48,682 bases of DNA. Origin: Octopus bimaculoides. Its lineage: Eukaryota. Below, in pieces: positions 37,567 through 48,651 of the stretch. The stretch covers positions 36,658,593 through 36,707,274 of the forward strand of contig NC_068990.1 of assembly GCF_001194135.2 (NCBI RefSeq), given 5' to 3'. The position numbers and the translations under genes were made by a program. Each line of letters starts with the position of its first letter. Within the stretch, counting starts at the first letter, position 1. The notes beneath the pieces were generated by a model, which had not been told where the DNA came from, did no database searches, and saw only the letters and a program-made list of their open reading frames with translations.

Positions 37567-38579
37567 GTAAGTTTCTTTTATCATCTAAGACCCTTTTTTT
37601 GTTTATTATTTTTTTCTTATATCATCGTTCTTCATTTGATTCAGTTTTTGGAAGTAAGGCTGAGTTTAGATTTTGTAATTTGATTTTGTTTTTTTTTATA
37701 TATACATTATTATTTTTTGTGGTGGTGTGTTGGTTTGGGGTAGGTGTTGGACCGTTTTTGTCATTGTTTGTTTGTTGTTTATATTTTTATTGAGAGGGTA
37801 TGTGTAGTAATGGATGGGAGTATGGTTTTTTTTATATTTTTTGTTTGTGAATTTGATTCTTTGTTAGTTTTTGACATTTTGTATTGTTTTTCTTATGCAT
37901 TTGTTATTGTTGTTTTTGTTTATGCTAACACACATCATTATTGCCATTTCTATTTCGGTTTATATACTGCCAATGTTTTTCCTCATGTCGTCTCAGTGAT
38001 TTTTCCTTTGTCCTCCTCCTCCTCCTCCTCCTCATCATCATCACTATCATTACCACCATCATCATCACTGTTGCTGTCATCACCATCACCATCATCATTA
38101 TATCATTACAATCTCTTTTGGGGTTTTGTTTAATATAATAAATAAAACTAGTATTAACCATGGACGTTCCACAGTTATTTTGAAAACTGATTGTCTGAAA
38201 TTTAGAGAGTATAATAAAGTACATAATTTCTTTTGAAATTATATTTTTCTGAAAAGCTTGATACTTGAGATAATGCAAACTCCATAATGATAGTATTGGA
38301 TTTGAAATCAAATGAGAGGACATCTTTGAAAACTATGTACTTTATTATAAATTTGTCACCTATTTTACCTTGAGTGTTGTTATCAATTATTTTTATTGCT
38401 ATATCAGCAAAGAATAAACTTAACTGTAGGACAAAATGTTAGACATAATCTGTTAACATGTTATTTTGCTATGATTTTATTAGTCTTAAAACTTCTATGA
38501 GGTGGACAATAGCCCAAATATGCAATTGCTCAGTAAGAGTTTGAAAGACTGTATCAGAGCTTTAAGTGATCACAGGCTA

Positions 38580-39010
38580 TTGACACTACCAAAATACAAG
38601 ATATTTCCAGAACAATGAAAATAAATTTGGCTCTATTTCTTAGAGTAGATTGATAAGACCAAGCCAAAACTGAAGTAAAGAAATTCTAATAAAATTCAGA
38701 GAAAAATTAATAATAGTGTTAAGAAAACTACTAATTTAAATCAATGGAGTAAAAGTAATACTAATATAGCAATGTTCAAACACACTAGTCTTAAGCATAA
38801 CTCCAAATTTAAGCATTTCATCTCTATTGTCTTTAGCTTATACAGAGATGATAGTCTAATGATACCTAAAGTTGCAAATGGACACGTGCTAAACACACCA
38901 AAGAAAAATATCCAAATATTCAGACTGTTCAATCCTAAAATCACTACTGGCACAAACTTAACAATGGTAAATTTCTTAGATGTCACCCTAGATTTAAAAA
39001 TGAGGTCATA
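38580..39010 (+). pseudogene. Second YRDD-type PLE RT fragment (internally deleted)
   Basis: RLI.P-KTEV, NLNQW, SLYRDDSL and VNFLDVTLDL. Confidence 0.8.
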
Positions 39011-39199
39011 AAACTATTTAGAAATCCTCCAAACCATCTTCCAGTAAAGAGTCCTTTGATAAAATAGCTCCTTAATCTTAATTATATAAAGACCAACAAT
39101 GGGTAGTAAGCTATGAAATTCTTACTTTCTCTCAATTTCATGTTATTCAGAGTGCTTCATGACCCCAGCAGACAAAATGGAAAAGGTGTTGCCTTAGAG

Positions 39200-39568
39200 C
39201 AGAGGTTCTCAAACTTTTTGGGCCACCCTCACCTGATGGCCACATAATACCCTCAGCGCCCCCACCCCTATCTTTATGTATAAATAAATATTTTCTATTT
39301 TACTAATTTATATATACTATGAATCATTTGATATTTAATATAGTATTATATAATTTGTATACAATACTATAATAATATTGTAATAAATTCATAGCGTCCC
39401 CCAATTCACTGCTTTCCACCCAACGCCTCCTTTTTCTCTACCGCCCACCCACGCTGCCTCCTTAAACACCAGCGCCCACCAGGACTGTCTCAATGCCCAC
39501 CGNNNNNNNNNNNNNNNNNNNNNNNNNNNNNNNNGGGGGGGGGGTTGCACTTACTTTAAGAACCTATG
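39200..39568. mobile_element. hAT (Charlie-like) MITE with 8-bp TSD
   Basis: TIRs CAGAGGTTCTCAAA / CATAGGTTCTTAAA (12/14 match); perfect TSD CCTTAGAG at 39192-39199 and 39569-39576. Confidence 0.9.
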
Positions 39569-39779
39569 CCTTAGAGGATGGTGAGGGAGCTGCACTGGGA
39601 CAGCCATTCTGACTCACATGACTCTTACTTACAGATAGCCATCTCTGCCCTGATAGTGGTAAGTAGATATTAGGGTCCAGGGGCTGAGAATGCCGGAGGC
39701 CTCCATTGCTACAGGCTCAACCATGAGTCTGTCAGAGAGTAACATTTACTTTGACAGTTTGCTCGTCTCAACCTGATGA

Positions 39780-40260
39780 GCAGTGAAGCCTGGGCTAGTT
39801 GCTGAACACATCAAATTGCTGCTGGAGAAGGAGTTACAGCATGTGGCATCCCAGATGAGGGGCCTACCACCACAGAACAGGAAAATTGTCATACTGTCAG
39901 GCCTTTAGCTGTTTCCTGGTATATCCTCGTTGGCTTGAGCTGAGAAGGGAAAGCTGCAGTGTTTAGGCCACACTTTATAATTTCTGTAAGGGCAGCATAG
40001 CATAGAAGGCAGGCAGTACTATAGGGGTATGGCAATAGATGAAGGCTCCTTAATTGTACTTCAGAAGCAAGCACATACAAACATAAGATTTGGCATACCA
40101 GTATCTCAGTCTAAAACAAAGATATCATAACATTAGCTTTCACCTTTGCTAAGTGTTCAGTAGACCATAGCAAAATTCTACTCTTTAATGGATACGCATA
40201 CACATACTAACCACAGATACAGGAATCTATGCTGCAGACATCACACTGGAACTTTTAACA
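39780..40260 (+). pseudogene. Possible very old LINE RT relic
   Basis: Weak motifs AEHIK, G.PP...KIVIL and IYAADITL (YADD-like). Confidence 0.3.
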
Positions 40261-41223
40261 GAAAGCAAGGGAGGCTGCTTCTGCCCTTCGTGTTTGAGTT
40301 GTCTTCAATTCAGAGCAATCCCAAAAATCTGGTTCTACTTATAAAACTAACTAACAAATGATATGGAAGCTGATTTAGAAGCTAAACAACTTCTAAAATA
40401 TCTAAATGATATATTTATCTACGAACCTTTAAACATGAGTCCATTTCTTACACACACACACACAAGTATGTACACACACACACACACACATGTATGCAGA
40501 TGTGCAAATATAGATATACATATACATTTATATATCCATTCTTATATGTAAACATATCTATATATATATAGGTACATTTATGTGTGTGTGTGTGTGTGTG
40601 TGAGCACATTTGTGTTTTCATATATATACATTAAAAAATCTTAATCTAAATACAATCTCCCAATATGACCATCCAGTCTCATGGGAACCTCCTCCACACT
40701 GCTACCTAGAAATTCCTCACCTCAATTCCAATAGACAAATATCAACAACCAGGAACAAGTATAACATAGTAATAGCACCAAGTGCTAGAAATAACACCAA
40801 CAACAATTGTAATAACAACAGACAGTAATATTCAGCATCTTAATTAGCCAACATATAGAGTGGAATGATATGAACACATGTACATTTTGATATATTTCTC
40901 TCTCTCTCTTTCTCTCTCCCTTTCAATCTCTCTCACTCTTCCTCTCTCATTAATAATAATAATTATTATCATATATGCACACATGATGATAACGATGATA
41001 TATACATACATACATACACATATCTATCTATATATATATGGATGGATGTATCAATATATATACATACATATACATATCTATCTATCTATCTATCTATCTC
41101 TCTATATATATATATATATATATATGTCAACAAACTGAGATAAAGCTCAGCACAATGTATCACTAAGACTTTTATGCACTCACACGAACAAAATCTTTGA
41201 AGTGTTGCATGTGCACACACACA

Positions 41224-41268
<45 letters not shown>

Positions 41269-41405
41269 AGACAATTACATTTACTCACTTATACACACAT
41301 TTTATTAGAGCTTAAAAAAGATGTCACTGTAGAATATAGTGTTACTGGTTTGTATTGGTATCAACTGATGAATTCATCTCGACTAAATGATAGTATAAGT
41401 ACAGT

Positions 41406-41445
<40 letters not shown>

Positions 41446-41559
41446 TGTATACTTATCAACAATTATCTATAGACTTATTCTAGCCATTTGTAAGCATCTG
41501 CAATGACATGTAGATTTATCTACTGTCATTCATAAATAACTAAAATCATCTGTAATTAC

Positions 41560-41990
41560 CAATAGTACTTTTTAATGATCCATACTCACTCATAACCTCT
41601 ATAACTATCTATATTCCCCCAAAGTGATCTATAGTGCTTCATAAGTATCTATAGTTAGCTACAGATACCCATATTCATCTATAATGTTCTATAGTCTTCC
41701 ATAATCTATAACTATGCTGAGTCATCCACAGTGATTTGTGATCATATATATGCATAGTCATACATAATCATCCATAGTCATATACTATCATCCTTAGTCA
41801 TCCACAGCTATCTATAGTTCCCCATAGTCATCTATATTCCTTGTCATCCATAGCTGTCTATAATCATCAGTAGTCATCGATACACATCTACAACTATGCA
41901 TTTTTCATCCATAGTCTTCTATAGTCATCTGCAGTCGTCCATGGCTGACCCACGTCGTCTATAAGCATCCATATTTATCTATGGACTATT
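41560..41990. repeat. Degenerate ~10-bp minisatellite (tcatccatag-like)
   Basis: Recurrent tagtcatcc(a/t)tag units. Confidence 0.75.
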
Positions 41991-42089
41991 GTAATATAAA
42001 AAAATTGAGAGCACAGACTGAATAGAAAACAGTAAGGAAAAATGACTTAGCAGAATTGTTGTGGTGATAATAGTAATGATGGTACACCC

Positions 42090-42260
42090 TTCGCACGTGG
42101 TGTGTGGTATGTGCGAGTTGCTATGAATAAAGTGACGTCGGTCAGTATAAAGAGAGAGTGCACTAATTTGGTAGTTGAGCTCTGATTGGCAGTATGCAAA
42201 TAAGTTCATAACTGGGGTCAGGAACTCTCATGGGAAAAAATTTCGCATCCGGGTCGATGT
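42090..42260. promoter_or_regulatory. Candidate promoter/enhancer motif cluster
   Basis: CACGTG (42095), TGACGTC (42133), TATAAA (42146), reverse CCAAT (ctgattggc, ~42182) and octamer ATGCAAAT (42193), in non-repeat CpG-retaining sequence. Confidence 0.4.
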
Positions 42261-42543
42261 AAAAGAATCTCACCAATTTGAAATCTTAACAGCTTAGAAT
42301 TTTATTTCATGATGGTGGATTATATATGATGATGTAATCTTTTATGAATGCATTAATAAAACTCTACTGGAACAGCTGTCGTAAATATGAAACGCCTTTT
42401 GTGTTTACTTTTGATACATACCCTACACCAAGAACCAACCACAGAGTCGGATTTATGGTTTAAATTGGATGTAATACATGCACACGCACAGTATTCTACC
42501 AGCATATAAATTCTTAAGAGAACACGGAATACATAATGCTATG

Positions 42544-42579
<36 letters not shown>

Positions 42580-42756
42580 NNNNNNNNNNNNNNNNNNNNN
42601 NNNNNNNNNNNNNNNNNNNNNNNNNNATATATATATATATAGGTATTGCAAATTTTAGAGGCAATACTTGATAATTGTAAGCACCTGTATATGCTAGATA
42701 GTGGCGGAGGTGAAAGGATATATTATAACGTAAAATTAAAACAAAACACAAAGGAT

Positions 42757-42861
42757 TCCGTGGTACACGTGTTTCAAGCTTTATACACAAACAGTCGTTG
42801 CATCATTATATGAGTATATAATTGATATACACGATGGTTTAAAGCTATCTTCAGCCACAAA
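42757..42861 (-). ncRNA. Type I hammerhead ribozyme (complete core)
   Basis: Stem I tttgtgg/ccacgga; CTGAAGA; stem II agcttta/taaagct; GAAA; CACGTG; GUA site. Confidence 0.8.
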
Positions 42862-43102
42862 TATATTCTGTCCCAAGATTACACCACAAAAAAGAAATCA
42901 CAAAGAAAAAAGAAAAAGACATAGCAACAGGAGAGAGAAAAGGGGAAAGTCCACTTGGTATAATCCATAGTAATATGCTTATCCATTAAATTGTTATATT
43001 TACAAAAAAAGTTCATCGGTATTCAGAAATCTGTCCATATTGTACCATATACTTTTTTCTTTGTGATTTCTTCTTTGTGATGTAATCTTGGGACATAATA
43101 TA

Positions 43103-43207
43103 TTTGCGGCTGAAGATAGCTTTAAACCATCCTGTATATCAATTATATACTCATATAATGATGCAACGATTGTTTGGGTATAAAGCTTGAAACACGTGTA
43201 CCGCAGA
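43103..43207 (+). ncRNA. Type I hammerhead ribozyme (complete core)
   Basis: Stem I tttgcgg/ccgcaga; CTGAAGA at 43110-43116; stem II agcttta/taaagct; GAAA at 43189-43192; CACGTG; predicted cleavage after 43200. Confidence 0.82.
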
Positions 43208-43307
43208 ATCCTTTGTGTTTTTGTTTTAATTTTACGTTATATATATGCTTCTTATATATATATACAAAGAGAGAGAGAGAGAGGGAGAGAGAGAGAGAGA
43301 GGGGGAG

Positions 43308-43460
43308 AGTGGGCTTCTTTCAGCTTCTGGAAACAGATCCCCTCACAAGGCTTTGACTGACCTGAGGCTATAGCAGAAAATATTTGCTCAGGGAGCCTCA
43401 TGGATGAACTGAACCTGAAGTGACATTGTTGAGAAGCAAGGACCTTAACCACACAGCCAT
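43308..43460 (-). mobile_element. Old SINE family B fragment
   Basis: gggcttctttcag...ctcacaaggctttg...gaggctatag. Confidence 0.7.
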
Positions 43461-44417
43461 ATATGTATATATGCATATATCTATATACCTATGTATTTTC
43501 TTCTCTTTCTCTGTGCATGTGGTGCACACACACACACACGTAGAGAGGGAGAATATATATATATATACTTACTTATATACTCGTATATACATACACATAT
43601 AGACACACATACATCATCTCTCCATGAATAAATGATCTCCACAAACGGAGAATGGTCATGCTATTGACTGAGTTATTGAAATGATGTTTAAATACAATTT
43701 TGTCATCGTTGTGTGAGTTATGATTCTCTCATAGCTTGTAAGTTATATGCTACCATCATACAGTGTAAGATATATAACACAACATGATATTGACGATCTA
43801 CTCATGTACACTAATCATACGTTGTCTTCAACTCTTCTCATATAATAACTTGGCTAATTCATTTTATCTCTCAAAACTTCTCTTTTGCTTTCTATATGAG
43901 CAGTTGAAGATTTGTTGGTAGTAGTGATAATAGTATAGGAGCTAGTACTAACACTTGCTGCTGTAGCAGTAGATGTTTTCCTTTGGTTTATGTGTGGTAA
44001 TTTTTATGCGTATATATTAATATGAATGTGGAGATGTCAGCTAGAGTGTGTCTATGTGATATAGGTGGACGTATATGTATTTGCTATGTAAATGGATATA
44101 TGTTGGTATTCAAATACTTATTTTACTAGATATAAATCTATTTTTCTATCTGTCCTTCTCTTTCTCCATATGTATGCGTGTGTGTATGAAAGTGTGAGCG
44201 CGTGCGTGTGCGTGCGTGTGTATACGTGAATGAACAAACGAAAGCAAAATCACACAACATATTTTGTTGGTGGTTTAAGTTTAGTTTGACTCAGCTCCTC
44301 AATATTTTAAGTTTCGTGGACGTAGAACATGTTCACATCGCCACGTATACAAAGTCAGTGTGGTGAGTATTAAAGAGAATATATAAAATGGTTTCTTGAT
44401 AATAGTGTTTAGGTAGG

Positions 44418-44640
44418 TTAAGGTGGCAAGCTGTCAGAATCGTTAGCATAATAAGCAAAACGCTTAGTGGCATTTCGTTCATTTTGCGTTCTGAGTTCTA
44501 ATTTCGCCGAGATTGACTTTGCCTTTCCTCCTTTCGGGGCTGATAAAATAAAAACCAAATTAAACATTGGGGTCGATGTAATAAACTTATATCCTCCCTC
44601 AAACATGCTGGCTTTGTGCCAAAATTTGATACCAATATTT
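44418..44640 (+). mobile_element. SINE family A (older subtype)
   Basis: Family A head, body and tail motifs. Confidence 0.85.
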
Positions 44641-44645
44641 AGCTA

Positions 44646-45345
44646 GGCTTTTTTTTTTGTCGGTTCAGGTCAAGTGGGTGCATCATCAAACAAGCGGGAG
44701 CTGTTCTTTCATTACACGCTCCTCACTGCTGGCAAGCAGAATGTCGGTGTCAATTAATCGGGACTCTGTAGAGTATGTCATTTTGGTGACAATCATTACA
44801 ACATTGAGATAGATCGGTTTGTTGGTGTAGGTTACACATCAGTTCATACAATAAGCTATGTAGTTGTATGTCACACTAATAATACACTGAACGCTAGGTG
44901 GCGATTATATAACCCGAAATTGTATGAGGATCAGCTAAGCTCAGAATGGCTTTCCGGATTATCAGTGATCAATGGCTTAAATCTTCTAAAGCGTATCTCT
45001 GTTGACAACAGTAAGATAGGTCTGCTTTTCCGTTAATGGACACTGCAGGCTACTGGTGTATATACAATTTCTCAGAGAAACAAGTTTGGCTGTTACAAAC
45101 TCCAGGTGAGTAATGAAGGGGCTTTGTCAAGGATGGAGGGTATATCATTTAGTGTAATTCAGCACATCATGCAAATGTTGTTGAAATGCCACGCTCTACA
45201 GAACACTGACTTACTGATGTCAACGTCTGTCTTTCACATGTAATTAAACAACCGCTGCTGCTCGCTAACTGAAGTACCCACATACTTCATCTACCCAGTA
45301 ACGTGATAAGGGACATCTGTTACCGACAAAAAGAAAAAAAAAACC
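44646..45345. mobile_element. Possible non-autonomous DNA element with imperfect TIRs and TA flanks
   Basis: TA|GGC-T10-GTCGGT ... ACCGAC-A-run-CC|TA. Confidence 0.35.
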
Positions 45346-45737
45346 TAAGCCCTTCAACTATCCAAAGTTGACTTAAATATTCTCACTGAGAAACCAATTT
45401 TAAATCTAATTAAAACTTTTCCTAGTCAGACACCATACATCTGACGATGTACAACAGTCTTTTAAAACAAGATGTGATCCCCACAATGCGGGATTTCATG
45501 ATGATAGAAGAGAAAATATTATTAGACTTCGAACATTGTTTGTTTAATAGAAATTACATAGCTAAGGCAATTGTCAACAGAGTTGAAGACGTTAAAGAAT
45601 CAGAGAGAAGTTACAGAGGACTAGGTGGGGAGAGTTTCTAGAGTTGTTTTTTTTTTTTTAGATATGCTTAATATATGACAACAGAAAAAGGTAAAACGTG
45701 AGAAGACTTAAACCGTAATGTGCTAAAAGCAAATATT

Positions 45738-45950
45738 CTTTTCTACTCTAGGCACAAGGCCCGAAATTTTTGGGGACGGGGCCAGTCGATTAGATTGACT
45801 TCAGTATGCAACTGGTACGTAATTTATAGATCCCAAAAGGATGAAAGGCAAAGTCAACCTCGGCGGAATTTGAACTCAGAACGCAAAGATAGACGAAATG
45901 CCGCTAAGCATTTCGCCTAGCGTGCTAACATTTCTGCCAACTCGCCGCCT
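45738..45950 (-). mobile_element. SINE family A, CpG-rich
   Basis: Full length; flanked by cta(a/g)aa(g/a)caaatatt. Confidence 0.92.
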
Positions 45951-45967
45951 TACTAGAAACAAATATT

Positions 45968-46366
45968 CTTTTCTACTCTAGGCACAAGGCCCGAGATTTT
46001 TTGGGAGGGGGGGCCAGTCGATTAGATCGACCCCAGTATGCAAATGGTACTTAATTTATCGACCCCGAAAGGATGAAAGGCAAAGTTAATCTCAGCGGAA
46101 TTTGAACTCAGAACATAAAGACAGACGAAATACCTATTTCGTTATTGCCCACAAGGGGCTAAACATAGAGGGAACAAACAAGAACAGACGAACGGATTAA
46201 GTCGATTACATCGACCCCAGTGCGTAACTGGTACTTAATTTATTGACCCCGAAAGGATGAAAGGCAAAGTCGACCTCGGCGGAATTTGAACTCAGAACGT
46301 AACGGCAGACGAAATACCGCTAAGCATTTTGTCCGGCGTGCTAACGTTTCTGTCAGCTCATCGCCT
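45968..46366 (-). mobile_element. Dimeric SINE family A (head, variant tail, headless second unit)
   Basis: Junction gacgaaatacc|tatttcgttattgccc at 46134/46135. Confidence 0.85.
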
Positions 46367-46486
46367 ACTAAAAACAAATATTGAAGTCAATCGGTAAGTA
46401 TCCTATGCCATGCCTTGTAAAGATGAACCAAAGTAGTGCAACCGTTGCAGAAGTTAAAATGATATATTACAATATTTTGAGATTGC

Positions 46487-46706
46487 AAGGCGGCGAGCTG
46501 GCAGAAATGTTAGCACGCCGGGCGAAATGCTTAGCGGCACTTCGTCTGTCTTTACATTCTGAGTTCAATTTCTGCCGAGGTCGACTTTGCCTTTCATCCT
46601 TTCGGGGTCAATAGATTAATTACCAGTTGCGTACTGGGGTCGATCTAATCGACTGGCCCTCTCCTCGAAAATTTCGGGCCTTGTGCCTAGAGTAGAAAAG
46701 AATATT
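46487..46706 (+). mobile_element. SINE family A, CpG-rich, 16-bp TSD
   Basis: aatattttgagattgc at 46471-46486 and 46701-46716. Confidence 0.95.
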
Positions 46707-47624
46707 TTGAGATTGCTAAAACGAAAAAGAAATCAAGTAAAAGCATCACCATGTAAATGAATTCAACACAAGGAATAATAATTGTGAAAAGAAATATGAA
46801 GGATCAGCCAGAAATACGCAATGATCGATTTATCAAAATAACAATCAAACACGACACCAATTAATTTCATTGAAATACCATCTAGCAGCTGATTAGCATG
46901 AACCTTTGCAGGAAATATTCAGTAAAGTTTAACATTATAGTTATATTTAAAATAAAAAGTGTATACATGTACTTACGCATGCACACACATACATTTAAAG
47001 AAAGAGTTTATCAACATACAACCACTTTTAAAAAGCAAAAACGAAAAACAATTTCATTTCTATTGAGCTAATGTTTGGAATTTAGAATCTTCCAAGACGT
47101 TTATTATGATAAAATAGAAGGTAGTTTTCTTTGCTTAACAGAGTGCTAACAAAATAAATAAATAAAGTTTAAAAAAACTAGTCATCAGTGCACATCAGAA
47201 TTTTATTTATTTATATCCTGAAATATCGAGCTATACTTAATCGTTATGTGAAATCCGTTCGTCTCATCTTACACATATAGAATATTCAGCACTCTAAAGC
47301 AATTTATTCTGGTGTTCTACTATATCAGCAATAAATACTGTCCCTGATATTAATGCCATACTGATAAGATATAACATGCATACATCAAAACTAGTGACTA
47401 TATCTGAATGGAAACCAGCCTATGACTTCCTGTAAGAGTATATGTTGGCTGATTTAAAGTGATTTTATGCATATAGAGAATGTGTCACTGTGCATATGTA
47501 TGGGTAAGTGAGCGAGGGTGTCTTTACTTTAATAATTTCAAAATTCTAGAAGAGGTTCTATTCTTCGCCTCAGCAAGTACCACATACCTACATATTGATA
47601 TTCATGCATATGTATGTATGTATG

Positions 47625-48167
47625 TCATTATTCAGTTTTATTTCAAAATTTCTTGTCAATGCAGAAAGAGCCGGTTTCTAACGTAGACCCGAGGCCCCTT
47701 CATTGGAATTTCAACAACATCAACAGGGTATCTTTGTATGTATGTATGTATGTATGTATGTATGCATACAAGCAGATTTGAATGTTTCGTTTTAGGTATG
47801 TCTTTTCATGTATATACTTGCATATCTAGAGATGCTCATATATACTTAAATAATAAATTTCTGAAAAGTTTTACACATCTTTATAGTTCCAGTCATGGCT
47901 TGGATCTGTAGTCTTCGAATAAACTTTCTTCTTTCTGGTTTTGAGAAGCCTAATTTCTAAAAATTGGTATTTAGGTGGTGTGTTACATATCTCAGATATA
48001 AATCTGGACTTGTATTCTGGATAGAGTAGCTACAGATTTCTCAATAGTTCAGCGTAGGTATTCTCGTTTTCACACATCTTCAGCTTAACTTTGGGCAGCT
48101 GATTTCCACAACTGTACACAGTTTCTCTTCTCTATCCCAAATCATTATACCAGGTCTATTGTGCTTG
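47625..48167 (-). mobile_element. R4/Dong-like LINE 3' end (restriction-like endonuclease)
   Basis: KHNRPGIMIWDREEKLCTVVEISCP...TYAELLRNL...KLGFSKPERRK...TIKMCKTF is a PD-(D/E)xK-type C-terminus; (TATG)n on both flanks. Confidence 0.85.
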
Positions 48168-48651
48168 TATGTATGTATGTATGTATGTATGTATGTATGT
48201 ATGTATAGAAATCACAGATATTGGTTTTGAGGTAAACTGAAGGACTGATATATATAATTTGGTGAAAAAAGTGTTATAATAGTTACAGTTTTATGAAGCA
48301 ACTGCTAAATGGTTCTTTGAGATGCTAGAAATAACAAATAAATCATACACCATTTGCAGCGCGCCATCTTATAAAAGTAAAATAGGCTTTGTTAAATGTA
48401 GTTTGTAACGTACTGTTTGAAAAATTACTAGATCGTCATGAGTGTAACGCCTTAGCTTTAATGATGACTGAATGAGACCAATCAGTAACAATATATAAAT
48501 GGCTATAGTAAAATCTGAACCCAGTTAAATGATGTAGTGAGTTGTCTAACACCTTAATATTCTGACAATCATTAAGGGTAATTCATTGTAAACACACTCT
48601 CGTGCACACACAAACACACATACACTGGCCCATATATGCGTATGAAGCGTG

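Larger units (their letters stand above)
42724..43241. mobile_element. ORF-less inverted-repeat element carrying two HHRs
   Basis: ~190-bp arms at 42724-42911 and 43053-43241, ~140-bp spacer, TA-rich flanks. Confidence 0.9.

Noticed and set aside
42325-42410. atgatga...gaaacg HHR-like motif
   Set aside because: Stems cannot be formed.
743-43602. Many ORFs rich in YI, CV, HT, poly-T/V/I/S/L or X
   Set aside because: They are translations of microsatellites, low-complexity tracts or N gaps.
44295-44362. Small exon ending in GTG|GTGAGT
   Set aside because: Weak acceptors and unrecognised peptides in all frames.
48474-48505. CCAAT plus TATA promoter
   Set aside because: Spacing is too short, and such matches are expected by chance in AT-rich DNA.
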